NCBI RefSeq assembly: GCF_037042905.1
Contig: NC_087259.1
Coordinates: 16,306,001-16,370,000 of the forward strand
From: Lytechinus pictus
Taxonomy: Eukaryota
Reading direction: 5' to 3'
DNA length: 64,000 nt
Shown here: positions 1 to 12,335 of the stretch, piece by piece
How positions within the stretch are numbered: the first letter of the stretch is position 1
How the letters are laid out: each line of letters opens with the position of its first letter
Notes under the pieces: generated by a model
Databases searched by the model: none
Seen by the model: the letters and a program-made list of their open reading frames with translations, nothing else
What the model was told of the DNA's origin: nothing
Program-made: the position numbers and the translations under genes

Positions 1-2883
1 TATTATCAGACCAGTGTCCAGTTAACCATTCATCTAATATCGGGTTCTTATTATGCGTTTATCTAAAACAAAATATGATAGTTAATTGTGCTAATGCAGA
101 AAAGAAAAGAGTCAATGGTTTTGCATCGCCACTCTCATGATTCTCGGCGGAAGACAATTGCTTGCACTGACTTGTAAGAGCATACAGTCACACGGCCATT
201 AGAAAACATGGGAGCATTTCATCAACCTTTTTATCTGACAAGTTGTCAGATCTGACAACTTTCCTATATTTGACTGGCTGAGAAGTACAGTTCCTATGGC
301 AACTGTCGGTTAAAACAGGACTTGTCAGATGAAAACGTCCGACAACTCCTTTCATGAAACGCTCCCCGAATCTGACAGTATGCCCAAAATGATGGCGATA
401 GGCGGGAGCGCTAAGTGTTTCATTCAGTGTAGTGAGGTAGAAGTTATACTGCTTTCTCGTTTTTTTAGTTATCTAAGCAAGATAGCACACGGCGCGCGGG
501 GACGTCTCTCATTCAGCTAGAGTGGCTAGTAGATGGTATTTCAATTTCTATTATTTCGACTCTGAACGACTACAACTATCTTCATTCATGCATCAATACT
601 GACAAGGGAAAGGGCCAAGCTTAAACATGTTAAAGAAGTGATTATGCGACTCAAGAAAAGACTTCCTATCTAGGAAAGCTCTTGCGTGGAATGCATGTTA
701 TAAGCTGCATTTGATTTGGGAATCAAATATTCCTCTGTCAACAAAACAAACAAATAAGTAAATTACACTTTCACGTGGCTGCCAAATTCAGAGAACACGT
801 TGACCTGGCCTTTCAATAAATGAGGAAACGACTGTTGAAGTCTTATTAAAATGGTACTACAAGTAACGCGTCAAGGTGCGAGGATGAGTGATGCCCCGTG
901 GATGTACTTATGTCCAATTCAACTAACCATTTGTTTGCGTTCATCAACTTTTCAAACGTCATTCACACAAGTCATGTATACAGTACCAGAAATAATGGAT
1001 GTGTGATATAGTGCCCCAACCCCCCATAACTTAGATTTTTAAAATAAAAACGATACATTTGTGTCAAAGCTTTATAACATCATGTTCTGAACTTACATTC
1101 ACAATGGACCCTTACCTCTTAGGTAGACAAGAACGAATTAGACATGCTGATAGCATGAAACGTGATAGTCGGGCCCATTTGCCCCACATGAAATCGAAGT
1201 TGGGCACATAATATATGGGCAATTTATGAAGTATACATTCCAGAATATTACATATGAGGTCCCAACTCAAACCTACGGGTTATTGAATACACATTCACAA
1301 TGTTGCATAATTGTGAAATACATTACAATTCAAATAAAGTACATATTTTAAGAAAAGTAATATTCTAATTATTGTTTGAATTATATGAATCTGCTTCCTT
1401 CTTTCTCCTCTTGACCCCCTCTTTGTTTTTTATTAGTTAGTACCTTATTTAGTACCATACCGCCCCTGTCTCGAGAGTTGTGCTGGTCTATACGTGCATT
1501 GCCCCACAGATGGGGGCTTGGGGCCATGGTAAAAAAGATTCACGACCCCCCCCCCAAAAAAAAAAAAAAAAAAAAAAAAAGGAAAGGGAAAGAGTGAAAT
1601 ATTGTATTATTTTCTGGAGATTGTGTCAAAATCTATCAGGATTTTTTTTTGCATTAAAAAAGACAACACGCGCAAGCTTCGCTCGCATCTTTTTGTTATT
1701 GTTGTTGTTTTACTGTTTGCTCCATCCGCCATTTCATATCTGACCCCTCAAAACTGTTGGCTCTTTACAACCACCATGTTTAGGATGTACTGAGTTCGTT
1801 TCTAATTTGTAGGAAATATTGACAGTTACCATGCAGTGAAGCGGCGTTATGAATGTCTCTAGTTTCCAATGTCCTCCTGCCCTTCGTTCATTAGCGGTTT
1901 AAGTCGTCATGGTCATCCTGCAGCTCGTAAATAGGAAACGGAGTGAAACCAGGGAGCTAATGACTTAATGATCTACTCATTATTACGTAAAGAAACTTCA
2001 TGATTTGACAAGGATATGGATACTTCTGACACCTCTGTGTACCGTAGTTTCATAAAGACTTGTTATAATAACAAATACACTTATTTACATAACAAAGTTA
2101 ATATCAGCCAATCATATTGAAGGATTTTCAGTAGCTTTAAAATGCTATTGCAAATTTGTTATTATAACAAGTTTTATGAAACGGGTCCCTGATCATTTAA
2201 CAGCTGGAACCATTTTACAAAAACACGACCTGATAAAGGGACAAAGGGACTGTATTGGAAGCCTCATTTTAGCCCAGATATGATCATTACGATACTCATA
2301 AAGGTTTATTTCCAATAGGTCTAATGGCTCGTCGACTATTTGGTCTACCATCAGTTCTTCCACTATCCACATGGTCTAATCGCCATTTCGTCCACTCATC
2401 ATTTCGTCTAATAACCAGTTGGTCCACTAGACGTTTCGTCCATATACCATTTGGTTTAATTGGATATGTGTTAATTGGGCGAAATGAATAAAAAGAAAAT
2501 GGACATTAGACCAACTGGCTAGTAGACGAAATGGTCATAGATGAACTGGTGATTAGACGAAGTGATTATTGGACCAAACGGTTGGAAATGTTGATATACG
2601 GAATGGCATCAGACTAAATGAAGGTAGACCATGTGATTAGTGGACGGGTTGGCAATAGACGAATCGGCAGTAAATATGGTGTATTGTTTGCTGTGTACAT
2701 TGCAGGTCGACCGCGCCAATGGCACACTTTTGTATACCTTATTTTTTTATGACAAACGTTTTATGCAACAGGCCCCAGGTTATTGTTGATTTGGTGTCCT
2801 TATGAAAGTGAGGACAATATATATATCAGTGTAAGATAAATTTTCTTTGTAAGAGCTATAAAATGCATGACGATTATTACTCA

Positions 2884-3023
2884 NNNNNNNNNNNNNNNNN
2901 NNNNNNNNNNNNNNNNNNNNNNNNNNNNNNNNNNNNNNNNNNNNNNNNNNNNNNNNNNNNNNNNNNNNNNNNNNNNNNNNNNNNNNNNNNNNNNNNNNNN
3001 NNNNNNNNNNNNNNNNNNNNNNN
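2884..3023. other. Assembly gap
   Basis: Run of N. Other gaps at 14402-14548, 28859-29254 and 46932-47440. Confidence 1.
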
Positions 3024-3249
3024 GGCTTTTTGATATAGTGCGTAATACAATAAAGTATCTAAGCGATTTACAACTTCAAGACATAATAAAATATAGTAAC
3101 CAAAGTAAAATCATTTATTTTGACCGTAACACAAAGCTTAGCAATCAATCGTAGAACATTTGTCTATATACGATTGATTGCATTGACTACAATCAATCGT
3201 GGAAACCAAGAGTACGATTAATCGCTAACCTTTGTGTAACGGGACCCTG

Positions 3250-3503
3250 CACTGTAAAAAAAATATTGGGTAAAATGTTTACCACCACGAGGGTCATTAT
3301 GTGTACAACTAATTTGGGGCAGTATTTTACCCAATGGGGGAGGCACATTGTCCAGTAAGGTTAAAAAATAATCAGAAATTACTTTAGAATGGGCAAAATT
3401 TTCATCACACTGGATAAATAAAAATGCCCAAAACAAATGCCCAATGTTGGTTGGACGCATAATTACCCTCATGGAGCACTTTCACCCAATATCTTTTAGA
3501 GTG
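3250..3503. mobile_element. CACT...AGTG non-autonomous element (EnSpm/CACTA-like)
   Basis: Ends CACTGTAAAAA...TTTTAGAGTG flanked by TG. A similar element lies at 15417-15696. Confidence 0.65.
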
Positions 3504-4596
3504 TGCTCGGTTTCAAAATTCCAATTAGACCAAATGGTTCAGGATTAGACCGAGTGGGATAATACCAAACGGAAAGTGGACCAAGCGGCCGATGGAGACT
3601 ATTAAGGTGACTTTCCCCCTTTTCCACGGTCTCTCAAAAACATAACAGGAACTACCCTAACAGATTTGTTGAAAATTCATTTAATATAATAGTACTCCAT
3701 TCAAAAGCAATTAATTATAAATATACATAATATATTCTTTTCCTTTGATAAAACTCTATGATAAAAACGATTGAAAATCTCAATATTTTGAAATATCTAG
3801 TACGCATACCACGTTTACAGTTCAAAGCTAAGGCGGTTTTTGGTTGATTTCATAAATAAACATCAATTTTGTTTTAAGTTAACCACTATTTGGTGGTATT
3901 TGCATATCAAATTATGTATAAGTATACACTAAGGCAACAAAATGTTGCACGTATTTTAATGACCTACTTCAATCTTTATTATCATCTAGCAACCGTAACA
4001 TTCCTAACATGTATATATTCTATTTCATTTTCAGTTTGATAACAATACAGTTCTTGATATTTCTAAAGCGCCTTTTGCCACGAGATACAAAGAATGGCAT
4101 GATTCCTGGCAAGGAAAGGAAATATAAATATATACAGAAATTACCAGGCAGTCCAGTGCATACGTCATCATGATATTCAATATAATGGGTTAAATGCTTT
4201 TTTTTCCTATCGTGTTAATAAGATTTTTGAGCGAAATATCTGCTTTGATAGAATTTGTCAAGCACCATGCTTTCCAAACATGCAAACTCTGAAAACATTA
4301 GAGCATCTCTCCTTACATGTGGACACAGTCAAGATCATGATCAGCACCTGCCTGAATGCCCAAACATCCTTCCTTCCCGTAATTCTACCATCATGACCAT
4401 GTCTACGATCATGAAAACATGGAACTATCTCTATTACGAAAATCCAAAATTTGAACAGCCTCAGTGATCGTCAACGGTTTCAGTTCAGTCAGAATCGTCA
4501 TCGTTCATTATCGTCGTTGTGTTCAGTGTCCCTTATTCTCATAAGACGACCACAGTTAAAAGTTCAAACAACCCGACAATGATATCGTAGACGACA

Positions 4597-4758
4597 TCAG
4601 GGATCGATGTGGAGTTCTTCGACGACATGTGCGTGTCTCTGGCACTGTCCACTGTGATCGTGCTCGGTGAGGATGGCGACAAGTTTTGCTTTCTGCTCTT
4701 CGAGTTGATCGATCTCGTCCAATAGATCCTGCTTGTTGCTCTCCAAGTGTTCAGTTTC
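4597..4758 (-). CDS. ATF3: ATF3/JDP2/Fos-like bZIP, last coding exon (leucine zipper, stop)
   Basis: Acceptor ...tttttacag at 4759-4760, phase 0. Encodes ETEHLESNKQDLLDEIDQLEEQKAKLVAILTEH...DP*, a heptad zipper ending in His as in Fos/ATF3. Confidence 0.9.
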   Translation of the reverse strand, partial: ETEHLESNKQDLLDEIDQLEEQKAKLVAILTEHDHSGQCQRHAHVVEELHIDP

Positions 4759-5391
4759 CTGTAAAAACGAGACATTTTCTATAGAATGAAATGACAATGT
4801 TTTGCAAAGGCATACCGAATAATACGTGAAATAATTCCACTATGATCATTATTTAAATAAAGGACAAAATAATAATGGATTTGTGGGCAGAATATGAAAC
4901 ACCAATAGTGACTGCATGCTTTCGATTTCCCGTCACGGGCGATCTGACGAATTATCCAGACGGGAGAATGAAGACTTTCGTAGCGAAATTTTAAGTCCAG
5001 TCGACAGAATTGCATTTGATTTTTAGAGTGCTTATTTCTTAGACTTCAGGAGCAATACGGACTTTATCAGTACCCCATTCTAGTAATTTATTGCGTTATA
5101 TTTTATTCGCTCTTCGTGAAAGATTTTCATATTTTATGACTATTTTTTATGAATAAAGAGTACACATTTTAAAGGCAAACTGCTTACACAAGTTTTCTGC
5201 TCTTTGCTCTTTCCCGTTTTATATTTTTCTTAATCATAGAAAGAAGACGGTAAACCGTTACACGAGCAAAATAGTAATGTAATTGATTTTGACAAATTGC
5301 CATTTGGTCCACACCCGTTTTGTCTAGTTTCCCTTTGGTCTAATCCCAGTTCGTCTACAAGAAGATCGTCGACTATAATCTCTTGTTCTAA

Positions 5392-5619
5392 TTTTTTTTT
5401 GGTGATTGGTGAATGGTGGGGATTTTTTACCTGATTGCTAAGAAAGCATGAATGCTTGTAAGCAAGCAACCAGAGGACCGACGGCTTAAGGTCCTCTCCG
5501 AAGGACCTGGTAATGAGGATTAATGCCTTACCAAAGGGCACTAGCGCACCAAGTGGGAATCGAACCCGGGTCACCGGAATACGAATCCACCGCTCTACCG
5601 ACTGAGCTATCGCGCCTCC
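5392..5619 (-). mobile_element. tRNA-derived SINE in the ATF3-like intron
   Basis: Head GGAGGCGCGATAGCTCAGTCGGTAGAGC (A box) ... GGTTCGATTCC (B box), a non-tRNA body and an A-rich tail. Confidence 0.85.
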
Positions 5620-5977
5620 CTATTAGTCCAATCTCCATTTAGCCAATTTGTCTTATATCAAGTAAGGCTATGAAAGGCTATAGCCATTTCGTCTAATATC
5701 CACTTGGTCTAATACTATTCAGTCTATATGATAAGATGGATCATTTTTTTCTTTGTTAAAACGAAAAATAATCAGAAGACAAGGTTGAAATTATATCATC
5801 TATGCATCAGGCTAAATGACAATTAGACTAAGTTCGTATTAGATTAAGTATAGTGTAGATTAAGCCGCAAATGAGCCAGATTGATAGTAGACCAAATGAG
5901 TTTAGCCTATGTGGTATTAGACTATCTGAACTTTAGACCAACTGGTTGTAGACCAAGTGAAAATTGATTTGACGCAC

Positions 5978-6085
5978 CTCGACCAAGACAAATGTTCTTT
6001 CTCTCCTCCTCTCTCTGCATTTCGAAGCAGCAACCCTGTTTCTTTCTCGGCGCTGTCTTCGTTTGTCATCTTCTTCTTTTGAAAG
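5978..6085 (-). CDS. ATF3: ATF3/JDP2/Fos-like bZIP, basic-region exon
   Basis: 108-nt phase 0-0 exon (ctcag | ... | gtgcgt) encoding LSKEEDDKRRQRRERNRVAASKCRERRRERTFVLVE with the bZIP NxxAAxxCR motif. Confidence 0.92.
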
Positions 6086-6409
6086 CTGAGATAATTTTAC
6101 AACCACAGGAGCAGCAGAATAAGAAGTAAAAGGAGAAGAAGACAAAGAAGTAAAAGGAAGAGAATGAGGAGTAGGAGAAGAAGAAGAAGAAGAGAAGAGT
6201 AGAAAATGAAGAAGAAGAAGAAAGAAAAAAAAAGAAAAAGTAGAAAATTCAGGGAAAAGGTTGAACAAGTAAAAAAAGATTATGAATTTAACATAAAAGA
6301 AATATAGAATACATGTATGAAATTGTACGTAGTTATCATAATCCATTCAGACATTTTTTACGGATATAAGCCCAACGAAAATACGAGTAGGCCTATCCGT
6401 ATACAAGAT

Positions 6410-6840
6410 ATCTGATCCATTAAGGATTAAGAAAGTTATGAGAATTTTAAGTTTGGGATTTGTGACGTCATAAACGAGCAGCTGCCCCATATGTTACGTA
6501 ATATAAAATGCATAAATTTCACGTTCTTGATGGTTCGTGATGACTCATTTTTGTTTTCTTTTTAGGAGTGGGTGTGAAATGATTTGTCTATTGATATACT
6601 TTATGTACAGTAAAAACCATTTTCAATTTTCAGAGAAAATGAAATTTTATTGATTTTCACCATATACGATACGTAAGAAAGCTGCTCGCATATGACGTCA
6701 CAAATCAAGTAATTAAAATTCTAATATCTTTTTTTAGCCTTCGATTGATTTTTCTCAAACCTTCGGCAATATTTTTTTTTTTTTTTTTTTTCCTACTATT
6801 TTTGGAAATAAACTTTTTGTCAGAGTGAACTACCCCTTTT
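6410..6840. mobile_element. Foldback element (TTAA-type, Kolobok/piggyBac-like end) in the ATF3-like intron
   Basis: Internal inverted arms gatttgtgacgtcata..gagcagc / gctgctc..tatgacgtcacaaatc. Right end gtgaactacccctttt; left end truncated. Confidence 0.7.
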
Positions 6841-6846
6841 ACCTAC

Positions 6847-7137
6847 CGTTTCTTGTCCATTATTCTTCCAATCCAGCCTGATGCCGCCAAGTCCCTTTTG
6901 TATTCGTTTCTGTATGATGCTACACCGTATCTCATCGCGAAGCTGGGTTCCTTGATTCAGACACGGATCACGCACATCCTCATGAGTCAAGTAATCGTCC
7001 CCGGACATCAGCGGCTGATTGGCGAACGATCCCGTATCCGAGTCCGACGACGAAGTCGACGCCGTCGTCGTGAGCCCGCTTGACCACATATACGATTCAG
7101 CCGAGGTCGTCATGATTTCGCCCAAAGCTTCTCGTCT
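6847..7137 (-). CDS. ATF3: ATF3-like bZIP, N-terminal exon (internal ATG at 7113; acceptor before 7137)
   Basis: Donor ACG|gtaggt at 6846, phase 0. Ser/Thr-rich N-terminus and LRDEIRCSIIQKRI, resembling the ATF3-family KEELRFAIQ helix. From ATG 7113 the spliced protein is 178 aa, close to ATF3 size. Confidence 0.82.
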
Positions 7138-7740
7138 CTGATCAGTAAGTAAAATACAATTGCATATATTGAAATTCCAATTGTCTACAATTTGTAGACA
7201 TTATATATAAGAGCATATGCCGTTTTTTGTTCAGACATTATTCATACTATCATTTGTCCATGTTATGTAGAACTATATTAATTACGGTATAATTATACTG
7301 GAATATTCTTAATTATTTATTTATTTATTTATCCATGTTTTATTTAGTACATTAAAATTAAAAAATAAAACAATTTGACGGGTAGTCCGGTTCAGTTATA
7401 AAAACTGCTTTACAACGGAGTCATCCACATGTATAAACATATATATAGAACATGAACATGATCAACTATTAGTATGCACAAAAACAAATGAAACTGAACT
7501 TAAATTATTTGAGTTATACATATCACAAAAATTATAAGATAAAGAGTAAACATGAAATTATAATACAAAATAAGGAATAGGCAGAACAGTGCTTAAGTTT
7601 TAATCAATGATTGGCTTGTTGGCAGCCTCGTTTAAAAGAATTGATAGAATTGGTGGTTTGAAAAGAAAAGGGGAGTCTATTGGGTAAAACGACATTTGCT
7701 CCTGCAACAATGTCGTCTAAAATGTCGGGTTACGGTTCAG

Positions 7741-8304
7741 GCCCAGGCTGGATATATTTATATCTTAATAAATAGAGTAAAATTCACACAGCTTAATGCT
7801 GAACATTTGATCAAAATTGGATAACAAATAACGAAGTTATTGAATTTTAAAGATTTGCATTATTCCGGTGAAACAGTTCTAGGCATGTCTTTATGAATAT
7901 TCATTAGGTGGGCTGATGATGTCATATCCCCACTTGTTCTTTTGTATTTTATTATATGAAATTAGGTTCATTCAAAAAATTTCTACCAAGAACTAAAACA
8001 ATTGGATTGACAACATTACTGATTAAGTGCATTAGTTATTTACTGCCGCAACTTATTTCATCGTAATGGAGATACATCATTTACACATGTATTAAAGAAA
8101 AAATGAAACCTTTATGATTTCATGTAATAACATAAGAAAAGGGAAAGTGGGGATGTGACATCATCAGCCCACCTAACGAATATTCATGACGTCGTGCATA
8201 TAACTGTTTTCACATCCGATTTTGATGAATTTTTCGGCATTTTGCTTTGTGAATTTTACTCTATTTATTTAGATATACATATTTTCAGCCCGACCATCCC
8301 TTTA
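7741..8304. mobile_element. Long-inverted-repeat MITE nested in an older repeat (~7689-8438)
   Basis: Arms aaatagagtaaaattcaca / tgtgaattttactctattt and ggtgggctgatgatgtca / tgacatcatcagcccacc. The host repeat cgacatttgctcc...gcaaatgtcatggaacc recurs at ~62405-62560. Confidence 0.75.
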
Positions 8305-9264
8305 GGGTTGCAATATGGTTTAATAATAGGTTTACGATAGGGTATAGAGTTAAACTCAGGGTTGAAGTTGGTCATTCGACTATAGTGTATGGAATCTAGA
8401 GCGGGGCAAATGGCGCTGTAGCAAATGTCATGGAACCGTTTATTTTCAACTATATTAGAATATTAAAATATATTTGTTTGAACTTCATTGTGATAAAGAC
8501 ATTATGTGATAATTATGTCACGCCCCTATTCAAAATATTTTGTCTTTCTGCTAAAAATCATACTTGTTTATAATTTTTCAGAGGATTGTTATTATTTGGA
8601 GCAAATAGCCCATCTTGAGGATATATCATTATTAACTGACAATTCCACACACATAGTTTTACATGTACACTCGAACAAGGATTATCAATGACTTTTTGAA
8701 CTTTACCGAGCTTTCACGGAAAAAATAACTGGCACTTACTTGGAAAAGTGTTAAGCAAACATATTAATTAAGTGCTGTTACCTTTTGTACTTTTGGCAGT
8801 GAGGTGATATCATTATTTTATAGGATAAAGAATACCAAACGCTTATTTAAGTTTAATCTTGATTATCAGAGGGGATGGTCAAGCCATTAATAATACGGAT
8901 ATTTAAAATGAACATTAGAATAAACCCATTTAAACAATGGAACATGCATCTTCCGCTTTGCAGATAAAACAAATAAGAGTGGACTTCCATTACAAAGTAC
9001 AACACAAAAATAGCCCACTCCCAGTCAATCTCCTCAAATCTATTGGAAATAATGAGAAAATCCCTTTGCAGCTCGATGTACACCTTTTCACAAACATGTG
9101 ACCAATGGTCGCTAAATCATAGACTAAGTAAACTCACTTAAAACCCCCCAAATATTGAAGTGGTAAAATTTACATAAACACTACTACCATTCCCGTTTCC
9201 CACCACGACAAATATAACTCCCATTAAAAGAAGATTTTCTGTAACAATTTGGAAAGATTCTTAC

Positions 9265-9276
9265 GTATGACGTCAT
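9265..9276 (-). CDS. Candidate first coding micro-segment (MTSY) of the ATF3-like gene
   Basis: ATG ACG TCA TAC|gtaaga. A phase-0 splice to the acceptor at 7137 gives in-frame MTSY-RREALGEIMTT. No transcript evidence. Confidence 0.45.
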
Positions 9277-9568
9277 GATGTTACTTCTTCCTTGTATAAC
9301 GCTTATTCCTTTCGATAGGTCACTGTGGAAGTTTGGAAGTTAAGTTCGTTCTATTATTTCCTCCCTTGCTTCCTATACGATACCGCTTAAAATGAATCAC
9401 CTAGCTTTGTCATAACTTTAAAATCAAACAAATATTTGAAGGAAAACCAAGAATATCAAAGGTGGATGTATGGGAATGAGTCACATTTGTGGGGGTATAC
9501 CTCGATCTATTTTAAGCAGTGTCAATAATGATGAATAATTTGTAAACCATTTAATAGCTAGACACGTG
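9267..9568 (-). promoter_or_regulatory. Putative promoter of the ATF3-like gene with CRE, AP-1 and E-box
   Basis: ATGACGTCAT 9267-9276, TGAGTCA 9477-9483 and CACGTG 9563-9568 cluster at or upstream of the candidate first exon. Confidence 0.4.
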
Positions 9569-10148
9569 GTTTTCTTAAAACTACAATGAAGTAATAAAAT
9601 CTAAGGTCAAATGCAATTTTATATTGTATAAAAAAAGTAATTGCATCGATTAATCAAAAATCAAGTCACGCTTGATTTATTTTTGGAGTTGTTACAAATC
9701 ATTTTAGAAGTGGTCACATTCTCATCATACGCCTGGGTACACAAAAAATGTCATATAAACTCGGAAACCTGCGGGCAAAAAATCTACCATTTTGGGGGAC
9801 TAGAAAACTTTCCTTTTCGCTTATTAGATTCTCGATGAGGCAACTGTCTACCGATTTTTGAGTTAATAACCCTATTTGGGTAAAAATTCTAGAGGAGGCA
9901 AATGCCTATCTACTCTATACATTCATGGTTTACCGATGCTGTTCATAAATGTTCCTTTGAGAAAGTGACCCCCCTCCCCCTCAAAAAAGAAGACTTGTGC
10001 GCGCACAATACAGAGAGCAATTATAATATTCCTATACACTTTTAATTATCTTAATGAAAAATGTATAACATCCAACCATTAATAGCTTCATGATCCAACT
10101 AACATCAACGTGTAAAATAAAGAGGAATATAACGAACTTCATCAGAAG

Positions 10149-10409
10149 CATGGGCGGAAATCAGGGGGACGTGTCCCACTACTAAAAAAAGTAGGGGGGA
10201 CACAATATCAAATGTCCCCCTACTATTTTTGGTCTTTTATGATGGAGAAAAATACATCACTTCACAATCGAAATAATACATGTATTTTGAACTAAATGGC
10301 CTTACATTTTGGGTGAAAACCTTTCACCTTACATATTTGGTGATTTTTTTGCTTGTCAAATTGTCCAGGCTCTGGTCCCCCTACCTTTGGGGACAGATTT
10401 CCGCCCATG
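10149..10409. mobile_element. hAT-like MITE with 8-bp TSD
   Basis: TIR CATGGGCGGAAATC / GATTTCCGCCCATG. Exact TSD ATCAGAAG at 10141-10148 and 10410-10417. Confidence 0.9.
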
Positions 10410-12185
10410 ATCAGAAGTGAAGGTAAATGATTGATTTTTAAGCAATTGTTTAAACATGTTTTCATGGAAATAACCTGGGTCCCGTAAGACAAAGGTTAGT
10501 GATTAAACGTAGGCCTACGCTTGATTTTTATGATTGATTGTACATTGTAGTCAATGCAATCAATCATAACAAATGTTCTACAATGATTGCTATAAATAAA
10601 AGCTTAGTGTCAGAGGCCCCAGATTGTTGAATGACCCCTTTAATGATAGTATTTATTATGTTTTTTGGTTCATTATAAAAAAAAAAAGGATAGGCCTGCA
10701 ACTGTTATTGTACAGAGATAAAACGAGATATTCAAAATAACAAAACAAAATAACCAGAACTATATCAAAGAAACAAAATTAATGAACTTAATAAATTGCT
10801 TGAATATTAGGGATATTAAATATCCCTAATATTACGATTTATGTGTGTAGGTCTAATGCCCAGTCGTGAGTAGAAATCGTTCTATTCGAAATAAGCATTA
10901 AAAAAATCAGCATATTCAATAATAATCCTATCACAATATGGAATGAGCATTGTAGGATGACCATGACCTGGAATAATTGCCAGTAACAGGCATACCGCGT
11001 TTTACCAGGGTGTTTTACTCGGAATATACATTATTATCATTGTATACCTGTGGTCAACGGTATCCTTAATTGGTCACATATTTTAGGAATATTTTGTTAA
11101 AGAATGGGCAACAACAAACATCCTTCATGAGAATTACTCTTACCATTTGTTTAATGAATATGTGCAAATCCTTAATCACTCAACCGTACATGGGACGATA
11201 TTGAGATGGCTTTAAGTATAAAACCCAAACATGGGAGAAAAAAAAATCGTGAATGATTGAATAAAATCCACCAGGATATAACGGAGCTGCAAATTCTTTA
11301 AAAAAATTGAACTTTTGACGTCACAGGCAAGCAGCACAAAGTTGAATAATAATTTTACGTGCGCATTCATCATCCGAGAAATCATTTTAAACACGTTTCT
11401 ACGAGGAAATAATATCGGTCGTCACAATCCATTAAAATGGACAATATTGGGGTTTATCCCTGCTGGAATGAACACTGTGTCACACTGTACGTGTGATGAC
11501 CGTGAGTTTATATACTGGACTTTGTGAAAATATTATTCACACTGTCTATGTGAGTTATGTGATACACACTGTTGAAATGCTCAAAGTTTACAGAGGGACG
11601 GTGATTTCACATTGTGTTGTACACACTGTGGCACACACTTTGGGTCACTGTGTTCTTTCCAGTACGGATACGTAATGGAAGCAAATACCCTTGGTACTTA
11701 CCAAATAAATAGACACAACTTTTAGAGATACGTTCGATGAAAAGTCAAATCCCAGATGGCAAGTTCACTTGTGTTTTATCTCAAATGTCAAAAAAAATTG
11801 CAATAAACTCCAACTCTCCGACGGAAGGATTTGGAAAGAGTCTTCTGTTCTCTCACATAGTCATCTGTTTGTATATTATTAATTAGTACTACCACAAGAT
11901 GGCAGGCAGGTAAGCTTGTTGTTTGTATGGTTATGATGAGCCGTGCGCCGTTTGATAAAGTGGCTGAACTATAATTGCATTGTTGCCATTATTAGCCTGT
12001 CATACTATGGCGTGTGATTTCCGATTTCTCTTCTAGAGTTCAGCAAACGGTGTTGTTTTGTCTTTTTATTGAAATACCGGATCTAGGTCCAAGTAAAATG
12101 GTTCCGATCTGGGATCAAGCACACCAGGAAATACAGCGGAACTCCTGTGAGCTAAGCCCAAGTCTCACCCGCGAAACCAACACCA

Positions 12186-12335
12186 GGGGCCAGTTTCATA
12201 AAGAGTTACAACTGTTGTAACTTTGCCATTATGGCAACTACCATGGCAAAAGGCTCAGCAGCCAATCAAAATCAAGGTTACCATGGTAGCTGCCATAATG
12301 GCAAGGTTACAATAACTCTTTATGAAACGGGTCCC
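12186..12335. mobile_element. Short palindromic MITE
   Basis: GGGGCCAGTTTCATAAAGAGTTA / TAACTCTTTATGAAACGGGTCCC. Related foldback elements at 210-366 and ~2047-2189. Confidence 0.8.

Noticed and set aside
5545-5619. tRNA gene (also at 54815 and 12577)
   Set aside because: A/B boxes are followed by SINE bodies and tails, and the cloverleaf is imperfect.
6086-6346. Hydrophobic F/S-rich N-terminal part of ORF 5933-6346
   Set aside because: Intronic pyrimidine-rich low-complexity tract upstream of the acceptor at 6086-6087.
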